The translations under genes and the position numbers were made by a program. A stretch of 63,260 nt of DNA, filler included, from Salisapilia sapeloensis CBS 127946 (lineage: Eukaryota; Protista; Oomycota), in the NCBI GenBank assembly GCA_023334545.1. It is 7 parts of 7 records of this genome, joined end to end, with 100 filler letters (N's around TTAATTAATTAA, not from the genome) between each part and the next. Parts side by side here need not be neighbours in the genome. Positions count along the whole stretch, not along the records: positions 28,667 to 40,381 come from JAADVB010000426.1; positions 40,482 to 46,408 come from JAADVB010000582.1; positions 46,509 to 61,937 come from JAADVB010000371.1; 4 more parts are not named here. One strand, written 5' to 3'. This document shows, one piece after another, positions 35,204 through 47,487 of the stretch. Numbering within the stretch: the first letter of the stretch is position 1; each line of letters starts with the position of its first letter. The notes beneath the pieces are model-generated. The model had not been told where the DNA came from. It saw only the letters and a list, made by a program, of their open reading frames with translations, and searched no databases.

Positions 35204-37023
35204 CTCCTTCTCTTAGCTGGTTGTACTCTCGGCACGAACACTCGCTGTAAAACTGTAGCCAAAAAGCAAGTAGATTATAGAAGATTTCAGTTTTGTATGT
35301 CTTTTTTAACATATACCTAATGGCCAAGTTGAAGTTGTTGTTCGGTATCTTGAAAAGCTATAAGCAAGATCGCTACCCAGGCCATGAGCAGGATTTCCAT
35401 GGCCAATCACCAAGGAGTTTCATGAGCGCAGGCAGCACTTGAATTAAGTAGCAATGCAGTGATATCCTGTACTAAGCTGGTTGGAGAACTTTGCCAGTGG
35501 ATACTTCAATTTTACGAAGAGGAGTAGCCACGATCCTGGTAAGCTCCTCTCCAGTGTCAAAGCTTCATTTCCTCACCATAAAGACATGGAAGCCCAGTCT
35601 TCCCTAACTCAATTAACACCATAGAAGTTGCAGAAATCAGGAGGAAGACGTGGAGATGAAAAAGTTGTCATTACTGCGAGGCACGATTCAGAACGAACCC
35701 AAAGGGGAGGAAAGCGACGACGATGAATCGCCAAGAACGAGATGAAAGTTGCAAAAGTAAGGCGAAAATGTGCTCATAAGATAACGAAGAGGGGAAGGAA
35801 AGTCGGTCAATCTGATTAATAAACGCAGACAAACCGCGGAGTTGGTTTGGAAACATTGAGTCGTAGCACAACGACCTTCGCCTCATACAGCAACGCCCTT
35901 TAATGCGAATATAGCGTAACTCTCTACATGTACGTCTATCTTATCTCTAATCGGCTTTATTAACTCACAACCTTTAGAAGCTCCATATTGCTACACTTCG
36001 TTATATCTGCCGTGTAGGCGGACGGAACAGAGGGTGCCGAGTTGTATCCAGGGCTTATTGTTTTCCAATATCAACGCGATTAATAGTTGGCGCTGTCATG
36101 AACCTAATCAAAGATGATGCTTCCAGTCAAGTTTCTTCGCACATGAGGGTCCGGGCGATCGAAGTCATGCACAAGTTGAAATCTGAAATGGTTCTGGGAA
36201 GTAACATCACGGTCCGCATAGCCGTGATACGCAGTAAAAATGTGTAGACAGACAGTATAGCTGTTGTAGTGTCAACGATATATGTGCACTGCCATCAGTC
36301 TTTCATGATAACTTTTAGAACGATGACGTTTGCTCTTTTGCGTGAGCACCCGCCATGTTCAGACACTGAGTACATATAAAGATCCTCGATCTTGGGCTCA
36401 TGCCGAGCCAGCACAGTTCCTTCGACAACATGCACGAAAAGCACGTTTACTCTTCTAGACTTGCGTCATCTTCTATACGGACTATGTATCGAAATTTCCA
36501 GGCTCTTCGCGTATGAGGAACCATACGCTACTGTGGAGATGTTCTACCTATATTGTAGGTTCTACGTGAACTTAGAAATGTATAAAGAGACAAAGAGGAA
36601 AAGATCTGATTAACTTAATCCAATGATATCTTTTTATTCGTACTTTAATAGGTCCTACATGAGCTAGAAAGGCTATAGGACTTGACCTGACTATAGCTTA
36701 AAAATGAATTCGAACATGCGTATGTGTGTTTCGATTTTCGAAAGATGGGTCGACATGACAGCTGTGATGACTTTCGACACCAAGTGGAGGCGACTTGGAC
36801 AAGTTGGCCTATTTCCCTTCCGATCATGGAAAAAGTATCTGCTGTTGCATATAGCTCGATGGCCAAACTGGATATCTACCACGCCAGTCCAAAATTTGGT
36901 TCAAACGTCATCTCGAGACCATGCTGCTGATACTTCCGTGGATATGCCAGCACGTTGAATCCTCTTGTTTGGAGCGTACGTTCGATTTTAATGAAAGTCA
37001 GTCGATGGATTTTAGTCTTTGAG

Positions 37024-37039
37024 GCTCATTTCCCAATTT
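37024..37039 (+). promoter_or_regulatory. oomycete INR+FPR core promoter
   Basis: GCTCATTTCCCAATTT is a perfect match to GCTCATTYBNNNWTTY, 20 nt before ATG 37059. Confidence 0.85.
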
Positions 37040-37058
37040 ACCTGGCAACTCCCATTTC

Positions 37059-38062
37059 ATGATGTCAATTTCATCTTCGGTCGCTTCATGCACAAATCCA
37101 GCGCTGATCATTGGCCCAATGTCTTCGTTCAACAATTTCAATATCGACTCCTTCTTTGACGAGATACCAGAACTCCTCGATCTGGAGTTGACTGCTCCTA
37201 GGTATCGTCTCTAGTATTGTTATTTCTACTATTTTAAACTTTTAATAGTTAATGTCATCGGTATAGCTTGTATCCTACCAGCACATACGCAACAGATCAT
37301 GTGGCTATTAAGATGCAACCATTTTCAACTGCTATCGATCCTTACGCGACTCAGCAGCAACCGCTAACTCCCAGCTACGGATATGTTTCGTCCTCATCGT
37401 TCTTCCTCGAACCGATGTCCATGCCACATTTCAATCCATTTTGCCATCTGGATTTCGCTGCCATTGGAAGCACGTACACCGCGTCTGCTCATGGCAATGC
37501 GCAGCCGATTGCATCAACTATTGTGGACCCGGAAATTACATTCACATTTTCTAATCCTTCGCAACCTTCGCCTGCACAGCCAAAGCGCGATCGAAACTCA
37601 AAAAAGGAGCGCTTAAGAAAGCGCCATCGAGGGTATGAAAGAGCTTACCGCAAGCACAAGCGAGTGAGTAGAGCGCATGATGCATTCATATATTAAACGA
37701 GGTCTAACTATGTGCACCCGTAGGAGTGTTTTAAGAAACAACGTAAAGATTGGATCAAGCTAGAGGCAAAACTGCGAAAGATTCAAGGAAACAACAATCG
37801 GTCAGCTGCTTTGCCAGCCAAAGTCGAAGATACTTCCTTGACGGCCAAATTTAAGCAATTGAAGGTGGAAGAGAAAGTATTGACGATGGACACCATCTAT
37901 CTGCGCTCAATGGAGACTTGGGACGAAGCTACTAAGCTAAAGATTCAACGAAAGTCTCCGGAGCTGATGAACAAGGTCGCGCATGCATTTGCGCCAAATG
38001 CTGAGCCTAACAACCAACCACTCCATCCGATCTCGCCGACAAAGTTCGAATTTTCTTGGTAA
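37059..38062 (+). CDS. bZIP-like putative transcription factor (292 aa, 3 exons)
   Basis: join(37059..37201,37267..37663,37724..38062); 65- and 60-bp introns, the second GTGAGT...CTAAC...TAG. Basic region KERLRKRHRGYERAYRKHKR followed by a short zipper WIKLEAKLRKI. Confidence 0.75.
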
Positions 38063-40240
38063 TGGATTCTTCCAAGTTTTTATTTTGGATATAAATTGCT
38101 TGGAGACGACAATTCAGCGGTTACGGAGCACGTCCATTTTGACACAATTATTCTGCTTTTCAGTCTCTACTAGACTTGTAGCGTTTCCAGACAGACTGAG
38201 TGCATATGCGCTCTCTTATCGATTTAAAAAGTAAAAATAAAAAAGCTTTTGTAAAGTTATATGACTTACATTCTTTCGTCTTCTCCTGTTTCTATTCTAT
38301 TAACTTGTAGGCATCTAACGGCCAATAGAGCAATCTTGTTGACAACTTGACCAACGTGGATGCTCATTACCCTCAAATTGACCTCTACGAAGACTGCGTT
38401 GTTTTCTATTCATGGAAACTGCTTTGGGGTTCAAACTGATTCGTACAGCTAAATCGTTCTTTTTGCGATTGCTTCGATACACTTCGCTCTGTCAGCTATA
38501 TTTTAATGCCACGGCAACTCTTACGCTCACAGCATAAAATATCACTGGTTTTATTCCGCCTCTTTACCGGCGAGAAACATTTCTACAAGTGAACGAAAGA
38601 AGTATTCGCACATGAAACTCAAGATCACCAGCGGTATTAACCTACTACACGAGCGGTACTGCAAATTATCCTTGTTATTCCCATGGAACAGATTTCTGTG
38701 GTGTAAACTTGATGCTTTAAGTTCAATGCTTGAAACCTCGTGATTTCACGGTGTGTACAGATTCCAAGCGCTAGCTAGCCAGAATTCCACGCCTGGATCG
38801 CAATAAACATTTATTTATACATCTATCTATACGGTGTTGTCAAAATCAAGTAATATATCCATAGATGATGCGTAGATGAGGTGTGAAATGATTAATGCCA
38901 GGGATGCTGGAGCAGAATGATATAACGTCACCCTTGTATTTCATTGCTCATATATGTCGCATGTGTATGATAATGAACTCTATTCATCTAAAAAGAGCAT
39001 CAGCAAGCTCAAAACTATGCATGCTTTGCTCACATGTGGTTTCAGCACATTCAACACATCAAGTCTTTGCAGATAAATTAGACTAGAAACAAGTGGAAAC
39101 CTAGACATATCGTTCCTATTAAATACGATGTAGGTCAATTGAACAACTACAAGAGCGTTAACAATTATCGGGGTGAGTTTCATGTGCTATCTTATTGAAA
39201 ACTGCGATCAAACATTGCAGATATTGACTTACTTAGAGAACGAGGACCAGTCCATAAGCCATTGTAGTGTCCCGAATCCTTTTCAGAACTATTGATGTTG
39301 CTGCGCTTTTCCAGACATCACTCACATCAGCGCTCATTCCATAGCGTCCCGTAGACAGATAATCTCTATCTCCGCTAAAATTTGACAGACTGCTTGAAGA
39401 TTTTAGCGGAAAGAGAAATGATATAAATGAATTGCTTTACCTCTAAGTCCTAGTTTCTCTGGCTGATTTGCAAGACTTTGATTGTCAGTAGAATGTAAAA
39501 CACGCATATTCTATCAATAGTGAGCCAGTGATGAGGCAAGACATTTACTATAATTAACAGGAATTTGTAAACATCGTTATAGAGACAAGAGTGCATTTAT
39601 CGACACACGATCGAAAACCTCATTGCATGCTCTCTCAACTTTTCGACAAGCTCATCCAGAGCACGCACTAACACATGTTGAGCGACAAAGCTAACAAATG
39701 GCATCAGTGGACACGCAATCCTACGTGGTATATCCTATTTAAAATCAGGGACATCGCTTCGAGTTATGGCGAGCGGTCTACGTCGAATTATACTATTTTA
39801 GAATTGGTTACTTCGTAGCTTGTGAGCGAAAACTGCTTAGTATTTTATCTTTGTAGATTTCCACCAGGGACATTCATGTGCACCATAGATATCAAATACT
39901 AAGAGCATCGAAGTTAAAATCAACGCTATCTTTCGGTGGACCGTCTATAGAAGAATGCGTGCTATCCAACATTCATCTTTGTAGGATTGCATAATCCACA
40001 TGACTGTGATTGAACATAAAACGTACAAAATGGGTTCATTTTGTACGATCCTTGACAGGTATCTCCAAGACAACTTCGACGCAGCCGCTAGTCCTTGCAG
40101 AGGAAGATGCAAACACACTTCTTTGGTTAATAATTCTATACATTTAAAATATGGCCGGTCTTATTACCTCCAAAGTTCTCTTCTTGACAAAATTTAATTT
40201 CGATTCTGCCTTCGACTGCACAGAAATCAGTAACCTCCAC

Positions 40241-40381
40241 TACTGAAAGCTTAGGCCAGACATTAGCACTGAAAAGACCTGCCCCATTACTGGTGCCAAC
40301 CAAGGCATTGGATTCGGCCTTGCCGAAAAGACGATTCAAGCTGGATGGAAGGTCATTGGAACTGCGCGTCAGCCGGATAAG
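40241..40381 (+). repeat. 141-bp inverted repeat, right copy
   Basis: Exact reverse complement of 28667-28807. Confidence 0.95.
40262..40381 (+). pseudogene. SDR N-terminal fragment (identical to 28667-28786)
   Basis: TGANQGIG motif; in-frame TGA upstream at 40243; runs into the gap. Confidence 0.75.
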
Positions 40382-40481
40382 NNNNNNNNNNNNNNNNNNN
40401 NNNNNNNNNNNNNNNNNNNNNNNNNTTAATTAATTAANNNNNNNNNNNNNNNNNNNNNNNNNNNNNNNNNNNNNNNNNNNN
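40382..40481. other. assembly gap with linker
   Basis: N run plus TTAATTAATTAA. Confidence 0.98.
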
Positions 40482-41914
40482 CGAGATAGAACTGCTCTTC
40501 GTGATAGATTCCGGAGCCTCATTTTCTGCGAAGATCCGGAGGCCGTTGCTCTTGCAGAGATGACATACTCGTCACATGTATACCTAGAGTCGATGGGAGT
40601 TAATGTCAGACGCCTAAACGAGCGAACTAATGTTTGAAGTATCGACCAGGGATACTTGTTGCTCTCAATCGCGTCTTGAGGACAGCGAAGGCTACACGCG
40701 CGATATTGCAAGGATTTGAAAGTATTCATTGTGTAGTGCATTTTCTTAAAACCCAAGCCAATGAATAAATGCAATTATTAACCTCTTTGGGATCCAAGCG
40801 GATCTGTTACTACCTGTCACCATACGACGTGCTGTCCTCGTGACCAGGATCCCAGGCGATTACGTTTGTCACATCTCTTCTGGTACTGTGCTCCTGCCAG
40901 GGGACTATGAAAGACTTCGTCACGACTTGGGCACAACTGGGTGTTTACTGTCAGATAGATACGAATGACTTTATCCACTCCGTTTTTGCTCTAGAAGTAC
41001 CGTACGTTCCTTCCATGTTAGTCCAGCCTAGTGGACTTCCTGTTAGTCTGTCGGCTCACGATACCCTAGCGGTCGTACAAATCTTATGTCAATATCTATG
41101 GCAAGCCCATGTTGGTAGCGTCCTCCATAAAATTTGGAGGTGGTATCGAAGCTACCAGCTAGATGATGCCCTTTGGACAGCCATCACTGCTCTTGCTTAT
41201 CTTGCCAAACGCTTTTCGATCTCGAAACGGATCCTGCAGTGACAATATTCTAATGACCGAAATTCCACGGCGGAGGCTATGCGACTGATGTTTACTACTG
41301 CTGAGTCCTACCTGAAACTCCCAATTCCAAACCTGTCTTCGCCTTCGGTAGCTGATAGCACCACTCATCTTCTCTTTTTCGATGGAGGTAGCCGAGGAAA
41401 CCCGGATCCTGGTGGATCAGGCGCGGTTATCGTCAAAGCTCCTCTATACTCTCGGGAAGCAAGTCTCGTCTGGATTGCTAGCATCTCCTATGCGTCACCC
41501 TCCACGACCAACAACGTAGCTGAATACAAAGGAATGGTAACTGGTCTTCAAGCGGCACCTCGTCTGCGCCTAACTGATATCCGTGTGATCGGTGGCAGTG
41601 CGATTGCCTTACGCCAATTGCGAAAAGGTATGTTCGTAAAGGCATCTTATTTACAACCGTTATACGAAGAGGCTCAGGCGTCAGCAGCGTCCGTAGGTGT
41701 TCGTTCGTGGACACATCACCTCCGACGATTCAATCGAATGGCTAACTCGGCAGTCAACATTGTCATAAACTCGAGGAGCAGCTTCCAGATTTCTGGAAAG
41801 TCTTCACGATCCCAAGTGTCCACTATCCTTGCTCACTTTTCTGACGACAGTAGACAGTGGTATCGCTACGGGTCACTTGGATCACAGAAATTGAGATCAG
41901 AACATCTAAGTTAG
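40482..41914 (+). mobile_element. 3' fragment of an L1-type LINE carrying an archaeal-like RNase H (degenerate)
   Basis: SHLFWYCAPARGL*(W)KDF is the CCHC end (about 40870-40910), then LHKIWRW, then RNase H FFDGGSRGNP...TNNVAEY...IGGS...HHLRRFNRMAN (41279-41914) with the third and fourth catalytic Asp mutated. Confidence 0.8.
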
Positions 41915-42107
41915 GCTTTCACCCGTCACGTGAGATTTTTGTCCTACACTAACAGGGTTCTCTCAACAGCTATTAGCACTCACATTAGGTAGATAATGAT
42001 GTAATTTAACAGACCGCGGTTAAGAAAGAACTTTTTGACCGTAGAAAAAGGTAATTAATCTGGTCAGCGATTGATTCTTCTTTCTCAAGCACAGGAAGAA
42101 TGCTCGG

Positions 42108-42500
42108 TTATTTTGTTTTCTTGACTACGAGCCGCAGAAATGCTGGGGTTTCATCTGGACCTCCATCTACCACGATCGTATCGAATTTGTCCAGCTTGAC
42201 TACCCGATCCGATTCAGAAAGCACTTTCTCTTTAACATATCGAAGCGGAAACGCCCGGATGGTCACTTTTGAGGTCATGTCCTTGTCTTCCATCGTCTAA
42301 TCCATCTCGTATTCGCCCGCTTCACAAATTTCGATGAACCGGCCGCCACGAAGTCGCATGAAAGGGCATGGATGATCCAGATGACAGTACGCATAGGGAC
42401 TCGACTTTCCTAGTCCAACTGAAACCCTTCTTCAAGGCGCTGCCATGACAAAAGAAGACCGTGTTTTCTTGGCCCATTTTAGAATTGCTGCTGTCGCCAT
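42108..42500 (-). pseudogene. 130-codon frame with two in-frame stops; possible C1q/TNF-like beta-sandwich
   Basis: ATG 42500 to TAA 42108 in one frame, with TGA at 42434 and TAG at 42299, each one transition from TGG. Beta-strand patterns FIEICEAGEYEM and VVKLDKFDTIVV. Confidence 0.45.
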
Positions 42501-45500
42501 GCGGACGAAGAGGAAGATGTCATTATGAGAAAGCCTGCTTGTTTGCCTAACAACAGTTTAACCAATATACACCGCTAGCAATCGGAATATTGATAAAAAA
42601 TATCCTACGGATAGTTATTGATAAGCATTTGATTTTCTTTCCACTATTTTTCAACGACGTGAATGTAATCGATATCCATGCGATCATCACAACTTTATGA
42701 GCCTAGTCATAAGTATTAATGCGCAATTGAAGAGTAGGACTACATACAAGACGAATGTTAAGGTTAAGAAGCTATTGAAAAAGACATGCATAAATGAGAG
42801 CTTATAGTCTGGTGAAGCGATGTGTTCGGGCATGACTTTCCTTCGACAGGCAGATAGACACAGAGAAAAGGATATGGTTACCGATAAAATGTAGTAACTA
42901 TGCGACTACAACTTCAATGAGCCATTCCAGTTCCTCACAATTGCGAAAGATGCCGATGTTCTGACGAGGAGGTACTTAGTTTGACGTAGGCTACCTACGA
43001 TTCAATCGATTACCGTGTTCATTTGTAGATGCTATAGCAGTTAAACTGGAATGAATAAAAGCTTTTCGATAATGTCCTTTATTCATGGTCCAATCTTGGC
43101 AGCATTCAAATGTCTATCGAAAATCTTATTAGCTTGCCGATATGTTCTAGAGATGCTTAAATAAAATCATGAAATCGAATTAAAGTCTAACTGGCAAGAC
43201 CAATGTAAAGATCCGTAATGGCATTTCGGCAAAAGAGATTTTTCATTTAAACAACTAGCAAGTTAGGCTAAAATGGATGGAAATTTGCTGAGAATTGATG
43301 AAGTTTTTGATGACGATGAGGATGAAGATTCACTCATCCTCCCATTAACTCAAATAACCGGTCATCCTTCAAACCTGAACGACGAGGATACCCCTCGCTT
43401 GTTTGATTACGCTCACGAAGCTGTGCAGGCTCACATGAAGAGGGTGCACGTGGTTTTACATAACAGTACTATGGAAAGTACGGATCCAAGCTCGAGCTTT
43501 CATAAAAGCCTTCCATGAACAGCATTTACACAATCATCCACGTATTCAATACCAGCGTGCTCTCGAAGACAAGATTGAAAGTGAAATAGATAAAGTCAAG
43601 CGGGGGTAGAGGCGGGATTGTTTCGTGATCCTGGCACGATTTAAGACTTGAATTTTGAACTTCCAATTTTCCCGCACATGTCATGGCTGTGGATAGCACC
43701 ATTTTGATTAGACGACGGGAGTCATAAGAAGGCGTCGAAAAATGCCAAGGTGAAATGAAGCGAGCAGTAAGTGGGTGGGAGCGCATTGGACTGACCAGGG
43801 TTCTATTTGACAGGAAGCTGCGATCGAGCGTGCGATATTCGTCATTGATGACACGAAGTCCACGTGGCGAGCCTGTCCTGTACAATCTTCCGTAAGTGCA
43901 ATTCCTGGAGAGGTTTGTGTCAAAAGCCAGTACTTTTTTATACATAGCAGCAGATGCACAGACATGTATCTGTGATGAGGTTCGCAGATTTAATGCCAGT
44001 GCAAGGTAGATGGCAATGAGGAGAACGCACAATCGACGTTGTCGATCCCGAGCTTGCTTAGTACTGGCTGGGCTTCTATTTTCAAAGTTAAAACGAACAG
44101 TGAGACCAGAAATCGATCATTTCACAATATCAAGCAACCGGCAGTGTTTCGTAAGAACTACATGGAAGTCCCGAGCAAGGATTGGGGTGCCCAAGTTATC
44201 GACTAGGAATCCTCCAGTAGAAGGTTGCGCAAAAGGTATCCATTCTGATATGACACATCCATGTAAATGGTTTTAATGATTCTTCAGCTTGACTAACAGG
44301 TCATAGGCCGATTTAAAGTGGATAAAGACCGATTGCCGATATCTCCGTGCGACGCCATCAGCTGACAGTTGTGAAATAGCGTCAGGGATCAAGGTCGTCT
44401 CCTTGGTATCTCGAGTTTTTCGTCCAAGTTCACTGACAACGGTAATACCCGTAGCTCATAAGATTAATAACCTTATCTTTTTCAAACATTTTAACGCGTT
44501 CTTTTCAGTACTCAGATCCTTCAAGCATTTTTGCACGCTGTCATTCCAGTCTTCCAGTTTCTCATTGCCAGTAATCGTGTTTACTGTCTTTATAGCTTTA
44601 GCTATATACTTTGTCGTGTCTGTCGCAAATCATATCAGTGCGCGGAGTTCCATCGTAATATACATTATTATATTGTTTCTTACCATTCAAAGCAACCAAT
44701 CAAAGCAACGCTCACTATCATGAAGTGAAGTTAGGAGTATCATACACTTTCTCGGAAGATTTTGTCAAACCCAAGTCCTTTGGACTTAATTTCACAATAG
44801 TTTACGCTATGCTAGCCGCTATTCAGCTTCGCTAGAGAGTTTTTTCAATCACAAGGTTGTAGTGCAGAAAATGACAACTATAAGAAAAGCATATAAAGGA
44901 AAAATGGTAATGTATTGTTGCGCTATTCCTCATCGCTTTCAAGATGTGTCTGCGACGGACCCTCAGCTGTGGTGATGTGCAAGCAAATTTGCGATGAGAG
45001 CAAGTGCTGCCGTTACCAGTTGGTATACGGTTACCGACATATTTCCATTATTACCGGTAATGGCGCCAGCAAGAATATGCAAGGATCTACGATGGAGCCG
45101 AGTGGTTACGGTAGACTAGTCAAAAGCGGACTGGTATACGTAGAATATCCATTGATGGCGCTAACCAGTAGCCCCAGGAGCTACTTCCGTATGTACCAGC
45201 ACACATTTAGCCTGCGCCAAAAGTATTCCCGGATGTCCAGTGAAGAGTCGACGTATGCACGACCATTGCTGATAATACGGACGAGGAAACTCAAGGCACC
45301 CAAGTGTAGTACCGGATAGTGCTAAATTACCATGTATCAGGTGGAACCAGAAGTAATCGCCGATATCGGCTAACATCGATCATTATCAGTGAACCGCTGA
45401 TGGCTAGGCGCTGTACCACTAGTGTGGAGGCGTCCAACGCATGCAGCAGCATTTAAGATGTTGATGAGACTCCTCAGAACTACTTGGTTCACTGGTATAC

Positions 45501-46408
45501 TAGTAGAACCAGCAGTAGAGGCAGGTATCGATCCAGGCCGTAGATTACCGGCGACAAGAGGATGTTAAACGATAGAACCAGCAGTGCTGTAGTGTGTTAA
45601 GCCTACGGAGATGCTTATGAGACTGGCTGAAGCTCGCTTAAACACCAGAGGAGTTGGTATACGGACGCAAACAGTGGTACCTGCTGGTATCATGCTGATG
45701 TCAAAGTGGACTATGGAGCGTGCAGGCAACGGCGCTGCTATCAGAAGCTTTTATGGAGGCTCGTGCGAGGCTAAAAGGGTGACAAAACACCCGGAACGAG
45801 TGGTTAGACAGAGTGCCAGCGGGACGGCCGATGGTACGCTGGTACACATCTACTCAGTGATGGCCAGGGACAGCTACCGGTTCAAGGGTATTGCGAGCAA
45901 GCTGAGGGGTACAGGCTTTACCATAGAGACGTAATATCATGCATGCAAGTGGGTATCACCATCAGAGAAGCTGGTGAGGTGAAGTGTCAACAGGCTCAGA
46001 TGGAGGTATTCAGAGCCAGTGACGGTCGTGGCGTAGCAAGCGCAGGATAACTGAACCAGTGACCCAATGCCCTCAGGCGATGCCTGGGATGCTGAATATG
46101 GTGCTAACAAAAGTGGGAGGACGGTGGGTGATGTGAAGGTTGGACTACTCAATGCCGAGTACCTGTGATGGCGGTTGAAGTGACGCTCGAAGTGGTTCCT
46201 CAGTTCCAAGCATGAAACAAGAGCCAAGGCAGGTATCGGCGGACTCGTCCGTACGAGACAAAAACGCATGTGCGAGAACGGCGTGTGGTGAAGCTCAGGG
46301 AAACAAGGTGCCGACGACATCTCCGGTTGGCACCGTCGTGACGTGGACGTGCGACCAGATGGTGATTACTCAAAGGAAGAATCAGGTGAACTGCAAGACA
46401 GGTGGTAC

Positions 46409-46508
46409 NNNNNNNNNNNNNNNNNNNNNNNNNNNNNNNNNNNNNNNNNNNNTTAATTAATTAANNNNNNNNNNNNNNNNNNNNNNNNNNNNNNNNNNNN
46501 NNNNNNNN
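46409..46508. other. assembly gap with linker
   Basis: N run plus TTAATTAATTAA. Confidence 0.98.
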
Positions 46509-47266
46509 ATCAGCAACTGTAGCGAGGAAGAAGCTAGAGCCTTTTCGTTTCAAGTACTTCAGTAATGGCATCGGTATCGTAGCTGCTGAGTCCGCTTGGA
46601 TGAAGGAGGAGTTTACAGAAGTAGTTTCAGAGTACTGGCCGACCTGCCCCAGTGACCACATACGGACGGAGTGATGAGGATACAGCGTGAACTGCAGCGC
46701 TACACATTCATCCATCGAAAAGATACACACATGAACGATCCAATATGCGCATACAAACTCAAAATAAACCTGTATTTACCAGAGGTGTTGCGTTGGGCAC
46801 GAGATGAGCTTCTAAACTGATTTCCAGGTGAATCTTAACGCACCTTGCCTTTGTAGATAAGCTACGACATGATGAAACCTCGTAAAAAACCTCCTGCCAT
46901 AAGATGCATGTATTACAATGAAGCATGAGCTGCTAGTAACTCCAGAGACCTTTTTAAATAACTGAAAGATTCTTATATCGTTATTTACCAACCATCCTCA
47001 TTGTAATAGCGCCATGTAGGCATATATACTCCATCTCCATTTTCACAGCCACCTATCCTGCGACTCCTCATTGACCTAAAATGCCAAAAAGCGAACTATA
47101 CAAAATACAAGTTCTAATCGAATGGCTCTCCTGCCAACGACTCTACCTGCCAAGTCACTTTTGGAAATTCCCTCCGTCCCGATCGACACCAAGTTCTTCC
47201 ATCCCAACTAAGCAACGTAAGTTTCCCTTTGCAAGTATGCATGGTGTTCCATCTTAGATGGCACCG

Positions 47267-47340
47267 AGCCATATTCACGTCTTGTCGAGATTCGTCTTGC
47301 CTCGGCACATGCGAGTCTCGCACAGGACGTGGGAATGGCT
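47267..47340 (+). other. 74-nt near-perfect stem-loop
   Basis: Arms 47267-47294 and 47312-47340: 23 Watson-Crick pairs, 4 G.U pairs, 1 mismatch, 1 bulge. Confidence 0.75.
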
Positions 47341-47487
47341 ATTGGAGGCAATCCCATTCTGAAAATGATGCGTTTCATTTTCGATGGATAATTGACCTTG
47401 GCTTTGGAATGTGATTATTAATCGGCTATGTCTATTTTTTTGTGCTATATGTGCCCCGTCGACTACCTTTGACAACGTCCCAACAGT

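Noticed and set aside
35340-36400. Kinase-like fragments on the minus strand (YHGYADRDVTSQN, LYMYSVSEHGG)
   Set aside because: Motif spacing does not fit a kinase fold and the frames are broken; not supportable by eye.
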